Under the pieces are notes generated by a model that was not told the DNA's origin, searched no databases, and saw only the letters and a list, made by a program, of their open reading frames with translations. DNA of 57,930 nucleotides, counting the filler, from Porpidia crustulata (taxonomy: Eukaryota): assembly GCA_964255105.1 (NCBI GenBank). It is 7 parts of 7 records of this genome, joined end to end, with 100 filler letters (N's around TTAATTAATTAA, not from the genome) between each part and the next. Parts side by side here need not be neighbours in the genome. Positions count along the whole stretch, not along the records: positions 24,910 to 33,097 come from CAXUWE010001154.1; positions 33,198 to 41,379 come from CAXUWE010001155.1; 5 more parts are not named here. The stretch is one strand, 5' to 3'. Shown here in pieces: positions 24,910 through 36,600 of this stretch. The position numbers and the translations under genes were made by a program. Positions within the stretch are counted from its first letter, which is position 1. Each line of letters begins with the position of its first letter.

Positions 24910-25425
24910 CTACTATATTGAGATAACTGCTGAGGAGCCATATCCTCGTGTGCCATAAGGGCTGATTATATAGACATTGGGTTTGGCTGGCTCTACCGGG
25001 TCTACTGGGTATACTGGATCTAACGCCCATTCCTCCTGTAGAGCTCGTAGAGCCGTTAGAGCTGGTAGAGCACGCCTGCTCTACTGGCTCTACTGGTCTT
25101 GGCACCGCCAAGAGTAGTAGCGCGAGTAGAGCCTGTAGAGCCCGCTAGGGATATTGCAATTCCGCCCCTAGCCTCTGTTACTAGCCTTGCTACGTAACAC
25201 AGACGAAATCTATAGTATTGAGAACAATGAGCGCAGCTCAAGCCGAAGACTAAAGGATTCATTTCAGGCTTCCATTTGCTGCGCCCCTGTACTGTTCTAT
25301 AGTGCTCCCCTTTGCTCCCTCGCTGGTCCTCCTTGCTCCCTCGATGCTCCCTCGATGCTCCCTTTCCCGTCCCGGAACGGCAATTTTAAATCCTAAGTTC
25401 GGGGTGAATATAATATATATATATA
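24910..25425. repeat. Repeat/transposon relic: 9-bp-period GTAGAGC/GCTCTAC arrays, a long hairpin, a TGCTCCC tandem and a terminal (TA)n run
   Basis: Arrays in both orientations at 24987-25141, hairpin 25078-25132, tandem TGCTCCCTCGA at about 25335-25361, TA run 25409-25425, located at a contig start. Confidence 0.55.
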
Positions 25426-26181
25426 CATCAAGGTCTTCTCTTATTCACTTTAGACAGGAATATCATTAAATTCGAAACAAATCATTTTCCTCCTCTCAAC
25501 CTCAAAGTGTTCATCTTCGTCCCGGATACAAAAAATGTGTGTACGGCATGAGTGAGAAAAGAGCTCACAGCCAGCCCCCAGAAAGGCCACGGGTAAGATG
25601 GGCATATTGCCAACGTGACCTTTCCTATGAGAGGCGATCATGCGCGAACCTCGAGAGACGAGATATAAACCCTCCGATCCATCTTTCGGGATGCTGGAGC
25701 CTACGCCGTCGATCCAATTTACTCCAACCCGAAAAACAAGACGCATAAGCCATCCATCCCAAACGCCTCCCTAGCGACCGTTTGTGAAACCATTTTTCCA
25801 GTAAGAAAAATCAAAGATCTTTTGCTGCTATTGTGAAACGATGGCTTTTGTTTTTCCGTAACAGGTTTTCTGTTGGAAAGAATTCAGACGTACACCCCCT
25901 CAAGACTTGTGGCCGCGCGAGACTGAGTCATATGTTTAAGGGGGGTAAGATGTAATTCTGCTCCGCGGTGGCGTTTTCAATTCGTGTGACTCGGTTGGAG
26001 GCGAGAAGGATGATTTCTTGATGACTTGATATTCTTTAGGAGACTGTCTCCTCTTTTAAATTTTTCAACATATAACTATATGTATATATTTTCTATTAGA
26101 TCGGAGGGGTAAAATCAAACATCGTCCAAAATCACACGAATTGTAGTTTCATCTGTACACGCAATTACATGAAATTCTGTG

Positions 26182-27240
26182 ATGGAATCACTTTGGTTCA
26201 ACTGAGTCCGGGTAATTGCAAGAGGTCGGGCTGGCGGCGAGGTTGGCCATAGCTTACTGTGGCAGAGCGATCATGGAGTGAAGCCGGCTTGGTGAGCTTA
26301 TGCTATTTTTAGCGTCTGAAGCAGATACATTAGATATTGCAACTCGGGATTGTCGATGTACAATCTAGATCTTGTAAGTATGGATGGCTTCGGAAGATAT
26401 CTGGTGCTCCTTTGGAAATGAAACATCCTGGAGGAACGAAATTGCTGTTCACGAGATTGTTGAGTTGTATAGGCGCTGAGTGTCGAGAGGCTTGTTGATG
26501 TCTTGGCTCTAATACATTTCTATCACGTCATCGATTAAAGAGAGCACATGTATGGGGTTTCCAGTCATTCTCTGGCGGCGGCCACTAGCAAGTCGAAATA
26601 AATGTAGCATCGTCGCGGTAGATTGTAGGAAGAGTGCGGGAGATGTCTACTTTGAGAACTGCCACACGATTTTTGAGGAGTGACGAGAACCCTTGGACTG
26701 TTCTGTTAAATATTAATCACAAACCTGACTTAGCCATCGCTTTCTTGTCAATGGCCCTCATGGGTACCGCGCTGGGACGAAGACTGGTATACGTATTTGC
26801 TAGGGTTACCCAACTATGTGGTCCCGAGCAGGAGGAAACACATCTGCGTGATTCAACGCTACAGTTTCTTACAATTTGGAGCAGTCTTGTTGGTCCAAGG
26901 CATAATCCTGGTAAGGCACAATCCTGGACACAACAACTTGAGCATTCGCCAGCGTGAGATGGTGGGAAACTGCAACTCAAATTTCAGCTGATAGGAGCAC
27001 TGGTGCAGGAGTTATGGCGGCAACTCCAGCAGTCTCCGGGGCAGAGCGCTCGCGCCATGAGGATTTTGAATTTGCGTCAGTCTGGCGATAGCGGCCGGTC
27101 GGGGCAGCAGATGAAGGGTCAGCCGAAGACAACCCTGAAGTGCACCGGTCAGTCTACGGAGAGTGTAAGAATTTCATCGACAGGGATCGACGTGGCGAAG
27201 GAGCTTCGGGTGCAAAGAGACCGGAGATGAACAGGCTTTT
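26182..27240 (+). pseudogene. Decayed HET-domain (het-6-like) gene
   Basis: Remnant motifs in order across stops and frameshifts: WFN*VRV/LQEVGLA..AYCG, LVDVL...D*REHMYG, VAVDCRKSAGDVYFE/TATRFL, WPSWVPRWD. Confidence 0.75.
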
Positions 27241-27507
27241 ACTAATTTTCCAATCTCATCAGTTCTTCACAGGAATCCCCCATCTGATATGCCAAATCTC
27301 AACAAGGCAGAATAATTGGCCATCGCACACTGTTTTCCAGAATCCCTCCAGCAGTAGTGAGCTGCATAGTTTCTATTTGTCCACTGACGTTCTCAATTGT
27401 AGGCATTAGCTTACATAGAGAAGACCTGGCACATAAGGGTCATGGTCCCACAAGCTGGTCATACCACAGGTTTTAAGGATCACAGCAGAGAGCTGTCTGT
27501 TTAGTCG

Positions 27508-29727
27508 TCAAACAATCACAAATCTCTGCATGGGCGCATATTGCTTCCATTTCGTTTCATCTTCCATCTCTTCCTCCGTGATTCCATTTGCTCTCATTTC
27601 TCCTTCCACAATCTCCCCATCCATGATACCCTGGATATAGCATGCCTCCAAGCATTCATACTTTCCATCTTGCCGTGGCCGAAGCAGAATCGGAACGACA
27701 CAGCCGTACAGGAGGGCTACGATGTCGCCTTTCATTGCGCGTTGTGCTGCCCAACCTAGACGGCCTGCCTTTGTAGTGCAGAAGACGCGTCCGGCATGGG
27801 TCATGCGCTCGAGTTGCCGATGGATGGTGGAGAAACTTTCTTGCACGACAGGATCGGTCAGAGATTCTTTTGGAAGTACGTGTCCTTTGCCGACCACACG
27901 ATGATTTAGGACGTCTACGTATAGAACAAGCTGAGCAAACAACCGCTCCTTATCTGAATCCTTACTCCGAAGCTGGCTGTCGAAGAGCGCCTCGCACAAA
28001 TCCTGCTGCTCTTTCAATAAAACTCCGGACGTCCGCTGCTCTTCCGATGTGATTCTGGACGAATTGGACAGGGATACTATCTCTGTCATTTCTTTGACTG
28101 TTAGGAAGGCTTGCGCTAGACGCTCAATGTCGGGCTGATCAGCCCCGGGCCCGTAGCACTCGGAAGCTATCGTCGACACCTCGTCAGCTTTTATGCCGTG
28201 AGCGATGAGTTCTGATTCGTGGATCTCTCCAATTTTATCGGCTAATTTGGACGCAGCATAGGGTTTGGTGGATGCTGTAGACGAAAGCAAAGGAAACCAT
28301 CGGAGACTCCAGTCAGGTACCCACGATGGTAAATCTTTGATACCAAAATCTTCGAGATCACCTGGCTGGATAAGACCTGGTCAGTGCATTTCACATATAC
28401 GTGATAAAAAATGAAATACCATTCCACCATGCAGTAGAGGAAATCAATGCAGCATAGGAAATCAAGCTTAAGGTGAAAGTATTGTAAGCGCAAGGTGGTG
28501 CAGTCCATTTGCTTCAAGTAAAAGGCAGAAAGCTCTAACCGGGACCCCAATGTATTCCAAAATGTGCAGGCTATTAGATTCCTGTATAACACTCGATGCA
28601 AACTCTGCGTAGACTCTTGTTGTGGAATGACTATGATTAGGCGTGAATGCTTGCTGATCATTGCTGGCCGCCATGCCTATCAAGCTATACAACCGGTCTC
28701 TGGGATCAGTAGAACTCCGATCTCGTGTTGAATGGGCAAGCTGAAGCAAAGTTTGATCAGGATTTGAAGCATTGTACCGACTAAGAACCATGAGCTGCCT
28801 TGTCGCACGGTACGACTCATGTGACAGCGGTATTAGTAGCTTCATCGTGTCATTCCTCATGAGAAGCTGCGTGAAGGAGATCAGAACATTGAGAGAGATG
28901 CCTTCACAGCTGGTGAGAGTGATCCCTACAAAGATGGTGAGTATTCCAGTATCGGGGTTGCAGACAGACTCCTGAAATGTCCAGGACCGTGAGAACCACG
29001 GATTCTCGTACAATGCAGACAAGGACGGCAATATTTCATCCAAATCCTGGGAGTTTGTAAAATCAACAACTCTCCGCACAAGATCGTCGTCGTGCTCAAC
29101 CTCTGTGTAACTTGTATGTGCCAGAAGCTTGATGATGTATAGCAGGCCTTTTTCGTACGGTTGATTGTCTCGTCCCAGCCAAATCAAGACTTGAACGCTG
29201 TTGCTAAAAATATCATGCATCAGCATTACCTGTTGGCTTCGCTCTTCTTGATCCTGTTGATTGATGCAAATCTGATCGATCCAAATACATAGAGGCTCTT
29301 GCTCTGATCGTAAATATTGCAGAGCCGCGTATAGATTTTCTGTCACCAAAGCATAACGATCCTCAACCATAACATATGCTACAATTTGAGGAGAACCCCA
29401 GACGTAAGACAAAGCAAGATGTTCGATCGCATCTCCTGGGCGCGACTCATGTAGTGAACTACGAATCCGACTTCCGGGTGCTCCGGGCTCAATATATAAT
29501 GTCCTGAAGTTCCTTGGGTCACTAAGAGGTGTGTAATGGTATTTCTGTAGAGGTGGCTCGTCATCATCGATTGCCAATAGATACACAGGTTCATCTTCTG
29601 GATTTTCGTTGTACACCTGCATCAACGCCATTTTCCTATGCCATGCCACCTAGAATTCCTACAGGGACGTAAGCACGCGGGTCACAGAGAAAGCCGAACG
29701 TACAAATGGATCCCTTACCCGCATCAT
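27508..29727 (-). CDS. HET-domain heterokaryon-incompatibility protein (HET-6-like), apparently intact
   Basis: ALSYVWG, IWIDQICINQQDQEERSQQVMLMHDIF, PWFSRSWTFQE, STDPRDRLYSL, LPSWVPDW, GDIVALLYGCVVPILLRP, CYIQGIMDGE. Introns 29718-29650 and 28539-28366 join the ORF pieces in frame. Confidence 0.88.
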
Positions 29728-30625
29728 TAAATTTACAGCTGTATTTTTGAAGTCGTTCGCTCACAAAATTCTATTGCACTCTGAATTTTGGCTTGCACAT
29801 AGCTCTCCGATGCAGTAGTAATTTTGGTGGTGGGGGTGGGGGATCAATTGGTCAACAGGCCACACCCCTCAACGGGTCAGCTTGGTTTAGACGCATGAAT
29901 ATAACCCTAACCCTCGACCGCTGTTTCGTCGAGGCGTACGTCCTGTCGAGGGGTGGACAAGAGTAAGAGGCAAGAGTCCCAGAAGCTAGGCCGGATATGG
30001 CCTAGCTCCTGCCATACTAATCTAAATTAATCAAACCGTCGTGTTTATTCCGTGATGTAAATGAGCTTCATCTTTTCTTGCAAATACTAGACGACCCGGT
30101 CAATTCTTCCATTTCCTCTCTATCTCTCACCAAGTATACTATTTAATACCTAGTCTTGATAAATCTACCATCGATGGACCTCGGTCCTTGACACAGCGGA
30201 GCGATAGGGGTTTCTTAACTAGACCCAATTCAAAATGCATGCGTCTCTATAACGCTGAGCTGTCACCACTATTGATAAGACGTGGAAAAATATACGCCTT
30301 TCAGGTTCATCAGATGCAGTCAACGCTGTCAGAGGAACAAACCAAAAAGAGACTCCTAACAGTAAGACGACTTAAAAATTATCGCTTTAACTATTTGTAT
30401 CGCAGAAAATGCAGACGTCAGTGGAACAGCATTAACCGAGATAATTTTCATCATCGATACGTCGAAGAAAGTCGACGATTACATCATGAGAATGAGTGTA
30501 AGTTATCGTCTGGATATTCTAATCGTCGGAAGTAAGAGGCCAAGCTCAGCTCCTAGTATATCTTCTATGTGCCAACAAACTTGAGAGTGTACCTACGACC
30601 GAGCGAGTCTTGAGCTCCAAAGCTC

Positions 30626-31611
30626 TCAAGCACCTGATCTCGCTTCGGCTTCGTGGGTGTTATGGAGCGTGTACATCTCTTTAGGGTTTTCCGCACCTGA
30701 CAATTCGGTTCTTGATTGTATCCCAGTATCAACAACTTCGTGCTCTGAGCTCTTTGGTTGTGACGTAGCTTCTTCGGCTTTTTCACGGTTTGAGGGTTTC
30801 CTCTGGGAGATACTGTACAAACTAAAGGCAATGAAGCTCAGAAGAGCAACGAGAAGGGTGCCGAATGAGATGCCGACTCCCATCCCGATCTTCGCGGATT
30901 GACTGAGACCCGTGGCAGGTACTGGTGGAGATGTAGTAACAGGTGTGGGAGCCGATGTCGAGGCAGATGTCAGAGAGACTGTGGCAGGGGCGATGGAAGA
31001 CGCGCAGGAATCTGTGCGAGGGGCTGAAGAAGTGGTCGCATTTTTCGCAGCTCGAATGCTGCTCACCGCACTTTCGGGGATGAGAGCATGTCCAAGAATG
31101 GGATATTGTCCTTGGCGGTTGTCCTCACAACACGTGGCATTCAAGTCTTCTTTAGTCCGCGGGCAGACCGATCCATCCGAACAATTGCTCAGCTGCAGGG
31201 ATTCGACGACATCTCCTAAGCACGTATAATCATGTCAGCCATCGATCTTACGACATCCTGAGGAATACAAAATTGAAGCGGAAGGGCGTCCGTGCCGTGA
31301 GCAATAGCAAGGCATGCCTTATCTTGCCATGTTATATCCGTGCATGACCGCCTCCAGATAGACTCATTGGCGTCATACTTCCCAACGGGCCCGTATGGAC
31401 TTGCAAGACACAGCGCACTCGGGTGACAACTCTCATCCTGATAACAACACATGCTCGCGCCCACATTCCCGTAGCATGGCCCTCCGGCAGGGTCGAAGGT
31501 GCCATCAATAAAATAGCATTTATGGCTGCTCTCAGGGGCAAAAGGGGCGAAAGTAGCAACGAGAAGAGAGAAGCTGGAATACAGCGTTGTAAAAAGTAAT
31601 ATGCGCAGCAT
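30626..31611 (-). CDS. Signal-peptide, Cys-rich, Ser/Thr-rich single-pass membrane protein (Mid2-like topology)
   Basis: Hydrophobic N-terminus; CY..GT...C....SMCC...C...LC..WRRSCTD.TW...C ectodomain; S/T stalk; TM GLSQSAKIGMGVGISFGTLLVALLSFIAF. Requires GC-AG intron 31295-31216. Confidence 0.8.
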
Positions 31612-33097
31612 TCTGGAACAAACACGTCACGTGTGGGATTCTAAAAAGGATTGAGAATAAGATCGTTGAGACAGTCTATAAATCGAGCTACCGTTCAGCC
31701 TCGTCCATGGAGGCTGGATCTGCATCGACGCTGCAGCTAAGCGCCTTGTTCTTCCACGTTTGTTCAGCCTCGCTGCCATTGACGCTATCCCATCTTTCTT
31801 GTGGCCAGTCACCATCCTCTAACTCTTTGGAGAGCAGAGGATGAAAGTTTCTGCTTGCCTCGCTTTATGTTTTGAAAACCAAGATGCAAGACGTAGCTCG
31901 TACTGGGGTAAATTTCAGACCAATCTATCGGGCTCTTGATTGATGGATAGAAAAAAGTTGAGGGAGTGTTCGGCCAAACTCCGAATAAAGGCTTCGAGCA
32001 GCTCCCTTACCTAATTGGGTTTAGAATTACTCTAACCTATGCCAAAGTAAAAAGAAACAAGCACCTCCTCAGTGCAATCATGAAGAAGATGGTTTTCTGC
32101 ACTACAAAGCCCGCTACAAGATGTGCGGGCTTACTTCGACTACCTGGCTTCACTGATCAAAGAGCTCCACGGTCAATCAGACGGCACAAATTTCGACTGA
32201 CGATCGCGTGCAAGCATCAAGCCCACAATCTGAAATGCCTTGGACCTGCAGATTACCCAATTCGACGATTGTGAGGATCTGCTGTCCCTGACGCTATGCA
32301 TAGAGAAGAATGAGAAGTCCAGTCACTCATAAGCGTAGGAGACTATCTACCTGCGATTCAAATCAATAGACTCTAGAAGCCATTTCTCATTCAAGCTCAA
32401 CTCCAACACCACGCTATTCCACCGCGCTAAAACTGACATCCTTTTTGACTCGAATTGCGGGAAAGTGGTCGGAGTATATCAGGCTGCAGGAGATATTTCG
32501 ATCAAGGGTATATCGGAGGCTCCGAATTCCGAAAAGGGTCTTGCGCCCACTTTCCCACTACGGTTTTCAGCTTCAGGGTTAGGGCAGGGCACTATGCTAA
32601 GCGAACAAATAGTGAGTCCTTCCCGAAGAGGAACCGGCGCCCTGGATCAGCCACAATGTGACAGGGCTTGATTTGAACAGTGAGCGAGGACCCTGGAGAC
32701 TGCATGTCGTCCAACTAGCCTTGGCACGAAGCATGCAGATTGATGGCTACACTCTCTAGGCTCTCTCTAGACGATGTTCAGGCTTCTTGCTGGATAGTGT
32801 TCAGCCTTGCGCTTTTTTGCGACGGTGAGGTGTGTCATGATAAGAGTGGCCAATCTAGAATCTCGTACTCGACGAGGCTGAAACACAGAGATAAAAGGGA
32901 TATAAGCCGAAAAATTTTCTCCGAATTCCGCCGTTTCTTCCCATCTCTCCTTTTGCTCGTCTCTGTTACTCTGTACTGCAAAGGGGGAAACAAACAGCCT
33001 GATCACTCTTGCAAAAATCTCCTCATTTTCATACTCGAACCTCATTTATAGCAGAGTTGCTGTGGTGGCCAAGTACTATACCTTCATTACTACTGAC

Positions 33098-33197
33098 NNN
33101 NNNNNNNNNNNNNNNNNNNNNNNNNNNNNNNNNNNNNNNNNTTAATTAATTAANNNNNNNNNNNNNNNNNNNNNNNNNNNNNNNNNNNNNNNNNNNN
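33098..33197. other. Artificial contig linker
   Basis: N44-TTAATTAATTAA-N44. Confidence 0.98.
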
Positions 33198-33687
33198 GGA
33201 ATGGGAGGGTCGATGTAGAAATTGGGTCACTTAGGGAAATAACAAAGGGTCACTGGATACACATGATCCTTTCTACTATCTTTTTGTGACACAAGCATGC
33301 TCTCACACTCCAACACACACGCGAAGCACAACATCCTCTCCATTCGCGGAAAACCGCCAAGCTAGCTAAAAGCGCCACAGCGTCAAAATCTGAATCCCCT
33401 CTCCCACCTGCAGAGTTCTTCCCGAGCAGCACGCGTGATCCATGTAAAGATGAGCAAAGAGCTTCATTGAAAACGAAATGGAAGTGGGAACGGAAATCTA
33501 GAACCAAGTTTGAAAACGCCGGGCGCTATGCGATTTTTTTCATGCCTGCTTGCTTGCGTGCATAAAGCCAGATTGTGAAAAGTTGCAAACGCCTGTGCGC
33601 GGATAGCGAAAAGTACGAAAAATTTGTGACGAGTGCCGAAATGCTTTTTGTAGAGGAGGTGGTTTGGGGAGGTAGATGGTAAAGATC

Positions 33688-36600
33688 TCAATCATCAATC
33701 TCGACAACACTCACCCTTTTTGCCATCCTCCTCTTCTCCTTTGGCTGCTTAAGCTGTGATCTGGGTTCCTCAAGCTTGTCTAATGCAACGGCAGGACCAA
33801 GGGCAGGAGGGGTATCATGATTCGATCGCGGTGTTTTCTCCCCGATCTCTTCAATGTCCTGTACCGTCCTGCGTTCGAGCGCCGGAAGGCCATCGAATCC
33901 TTCCCAAGTCTCTTCGTTACCGTGCCGTATTTTTGGCAGTGTCGGCGGTGAAGAGATGGTCTCTGCGGGTTGAGAGTCGGCAATTTCGGTTGCGAGCTCG
34001 GGAGATGGCATCGGGCATTCTGGAGGTTTAGTGAGGAGGGCAGAGTCGATAGGCTCAGGTTGGCTGTCGATGATAATGATGGAAGGGTCTTTAGGTACGG
34101 CTGGTGGTGGGGATGATTCGGTATTCGTAAGGTGGGAATGGGTAGAAACTTCTGCTGGTGTGAATTTGGACGCTACAGGATCTTGAAAGTCGATTGTGAG
34201 GGCGCAGCCAAGGGCATCGCCTCTTGTCTGTGTGGTCTTCGCAATAGGGTTAGGTTTCTCCGTTGAATTCGGGTCACTAGGCGTAACTGTAGCTCGTTGT
34301 GTCGTCTCGTCAATTACTGCCCTGCCAGATCGATTTAGGCCAGTAGGCATTTTCACGACACGATGAGTTGGCTCATCTGCCTGGAGAGGATCACTAGAGG
34401 GTTCCGCCTCAGCCTCCCACTGTTTCTTGCCAACAAACTTCCCAGCCTTTCGTGCTTTCTCCATCTTCTCCCGCGCTTGCTCATTATCTTGCTCACTATG
34501 AAGCTTTTGTATCAACTCCCGCAAGCTGTTACGCATGTCTCTTGGGTCCATCTTTGGCCAATCTTTCTTCATATCGTATTCACGTTTTAAGACCTTTCCA
34601 ATGAATTCTTTAGGATTTTCAAGAAACTTTTCCATGTATCCCAACAGAAAAAGACCACAGTCACTGAAGTTATCTTGCAAAGGCAGCTGCTTTGCCGTAA
34701 GCCCTTTCAGTCGGGACTCGTCAAATATCATTCCGTTCCGCTTTGCCAGACCTTCTTCACGTAGATAGCATTTAAGAAGTTTTATAGTAGGTGAATGGGC
34801 AGCCCCAAGCGAGTCAAATGTTATGATAATTGGTTGATTAGGGTCCGGTGTTCTCAGTGGTGGAATGGACTTTCGCTTACGCTTCTTTGAAAGAGGAGTC
34901 TTGTGACTCGGGTCTCCACTGATGGGTTCAGTATGTTCGGCCGTAACTTCTGATACCTGCTGCATTCCTGGGATATTCAAGGGCAAGACTTCTATGGTAT
35001 TCTCCGTAAGTTGGGCATCAAGCATTTCTTGATCCTCTATTGATTCATCAGCTCCTAAGACACCCAGTTTGTCATACTTCCGCTCCTTAGTAGAGGAAGT
35101 TTCGGCATCTGTCTGTAAGCTCATATCTGCAAACGATGCGGTAGGTTCTTGTTCCTCTAAATCTTGACTCGTGTTGAGACGGCTGTGCGCCTTCCCGAGC
35201 ATATCTGGACTAGACACTGAATCTACGGGCTCAGCACGCCTCTCGTTTGAAGACTGATTGTCGCCATCTGAATCTGACTGAGGCGGTGCCTCAACAATTT
35301 CTTTTTGAGTAGCCTCATCCTGTATGAGTTTGGGCAGATTGCAAATAATAGCAACATACCAGTGAGCCGACTCGTTAATTGGCACAACAACGTAATTATA
35401 TGTGAAGATGTCAATTCCTCTCGTCCACTTCTGCACACTTTCATAGTTGATGGGCTTCTTCCCTCGGTGGGTGTTTGTCAAGCTCGCAAAGAAGAACGTA
35501 TTAAAAAAGTAAACTTTCTTTGAGAGCTCCGGCTTCTTTGCTTCAACTTGGTGTTCGAGAAAACGAAGGTAGAAGCCAATGAGATTGTCATTGAGATATT
35601 GCCCTTCATCTAAGCGCTCAAGGTCAGACCAGTCGACAGTAGTCTTTTTCTTACCGGCTATAGGATATATCAAGGATTTGACCCAAGGCAAACCTAGGCC
35701 TTGTTTCCTAGAGTACCTTTCCTCTTCCGGAAACTCATTTAAGGTAGGAGACAGCTCTTTCGGCTTCCTTAACGTCGCTCGTGTCTCGATCTGTGATATA
35801 GGAATATGAGAGTTCTTTATTTGTTCCTTCGCAAGTATTTTATCAAATTTCAACAAAGCATGGTCCACATTGTTTGTTGAATCATTCTTGGATTCGCCAG
35901 ACTCACCTCCGGAGATATCCTTGAAAATCATCGAAGTCCTACTCGGGAGTGGCATTGCTTCCGCGTTCGAGCCTTGGTTGGATTCATTATTCAATCTATC
36001 GATTACCCGATGGGTCGTTCGCTGACGCTTGTGACTATCCTGCTCTAGGGCCTCTTGTTCTTTGGCCTCATCACGTTCTCTGTTTCTGGTAGCAAGCTGT
36101 ACATCAACAGGCACTCTTTTCGCTACAGGCCTGGAGACTGGCAAGGCTTTGCACTGCTCTCGCAGATGATTTAGAAACATTCTTTCCATTTTTTCACGAG
36201 GCTTCCGCACTATCTCAATTTCACTCTCTTGCTGCAGTCTCATGAACAGATCGCGCATTCCCTTTTCTGAATGCAACTCGAGGTCTAATTTACTCTCGTT
36301 ATTACCACTTTTAGATGACTCAAAGCGTACTTTTCCACCAGAATCTGCTGCTAAAGCTCTGAGGAGCTTTTTTGGCTGTATTCGGAGTTCTTGATACTGA
36401 TTTGTCAGGCTCTTGCCCTCATCCAGGACCACGTAGTTCTGGCTATTCTCATCGTATTCGAGACCAAGAGCGTCCGTCCTTTTGAAGTTCCCTGCAAAGA
36501 CTATACCAGACAATTGAACGCCCCATGGCGCAGCCTTTTCTTCAGTGCATTTATTTTTATGTGGTGAGAGTTTTTGAGTTCGCTTCCTTATGCCGGAGGC

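Noticed and set aside
28366..28539. HET gene split into two ORFs, suggesting a pseudogene
   Set aside because: A GT-AG intron with a CTGAC branch site joins the parts in frame and restores LPSWVPDW.
29902..29914. TAACCCTAACCCT as a telomere remnant
   Set aside because: Only two units and internal; at most a telo-box-like site.
30176..30535. Possible decayed NLR N-terminal domain (MDLGP*HSGAIGVS*L) divergent from the HET gene
   Set aside because: The resemblance is too short and degenerate to support without a profile search.
32400..33097. Stop-interrupted coding-like frames on the minus strand
   Set aside because: No family recognised; not distinguishable from intergenic sequence by eye.
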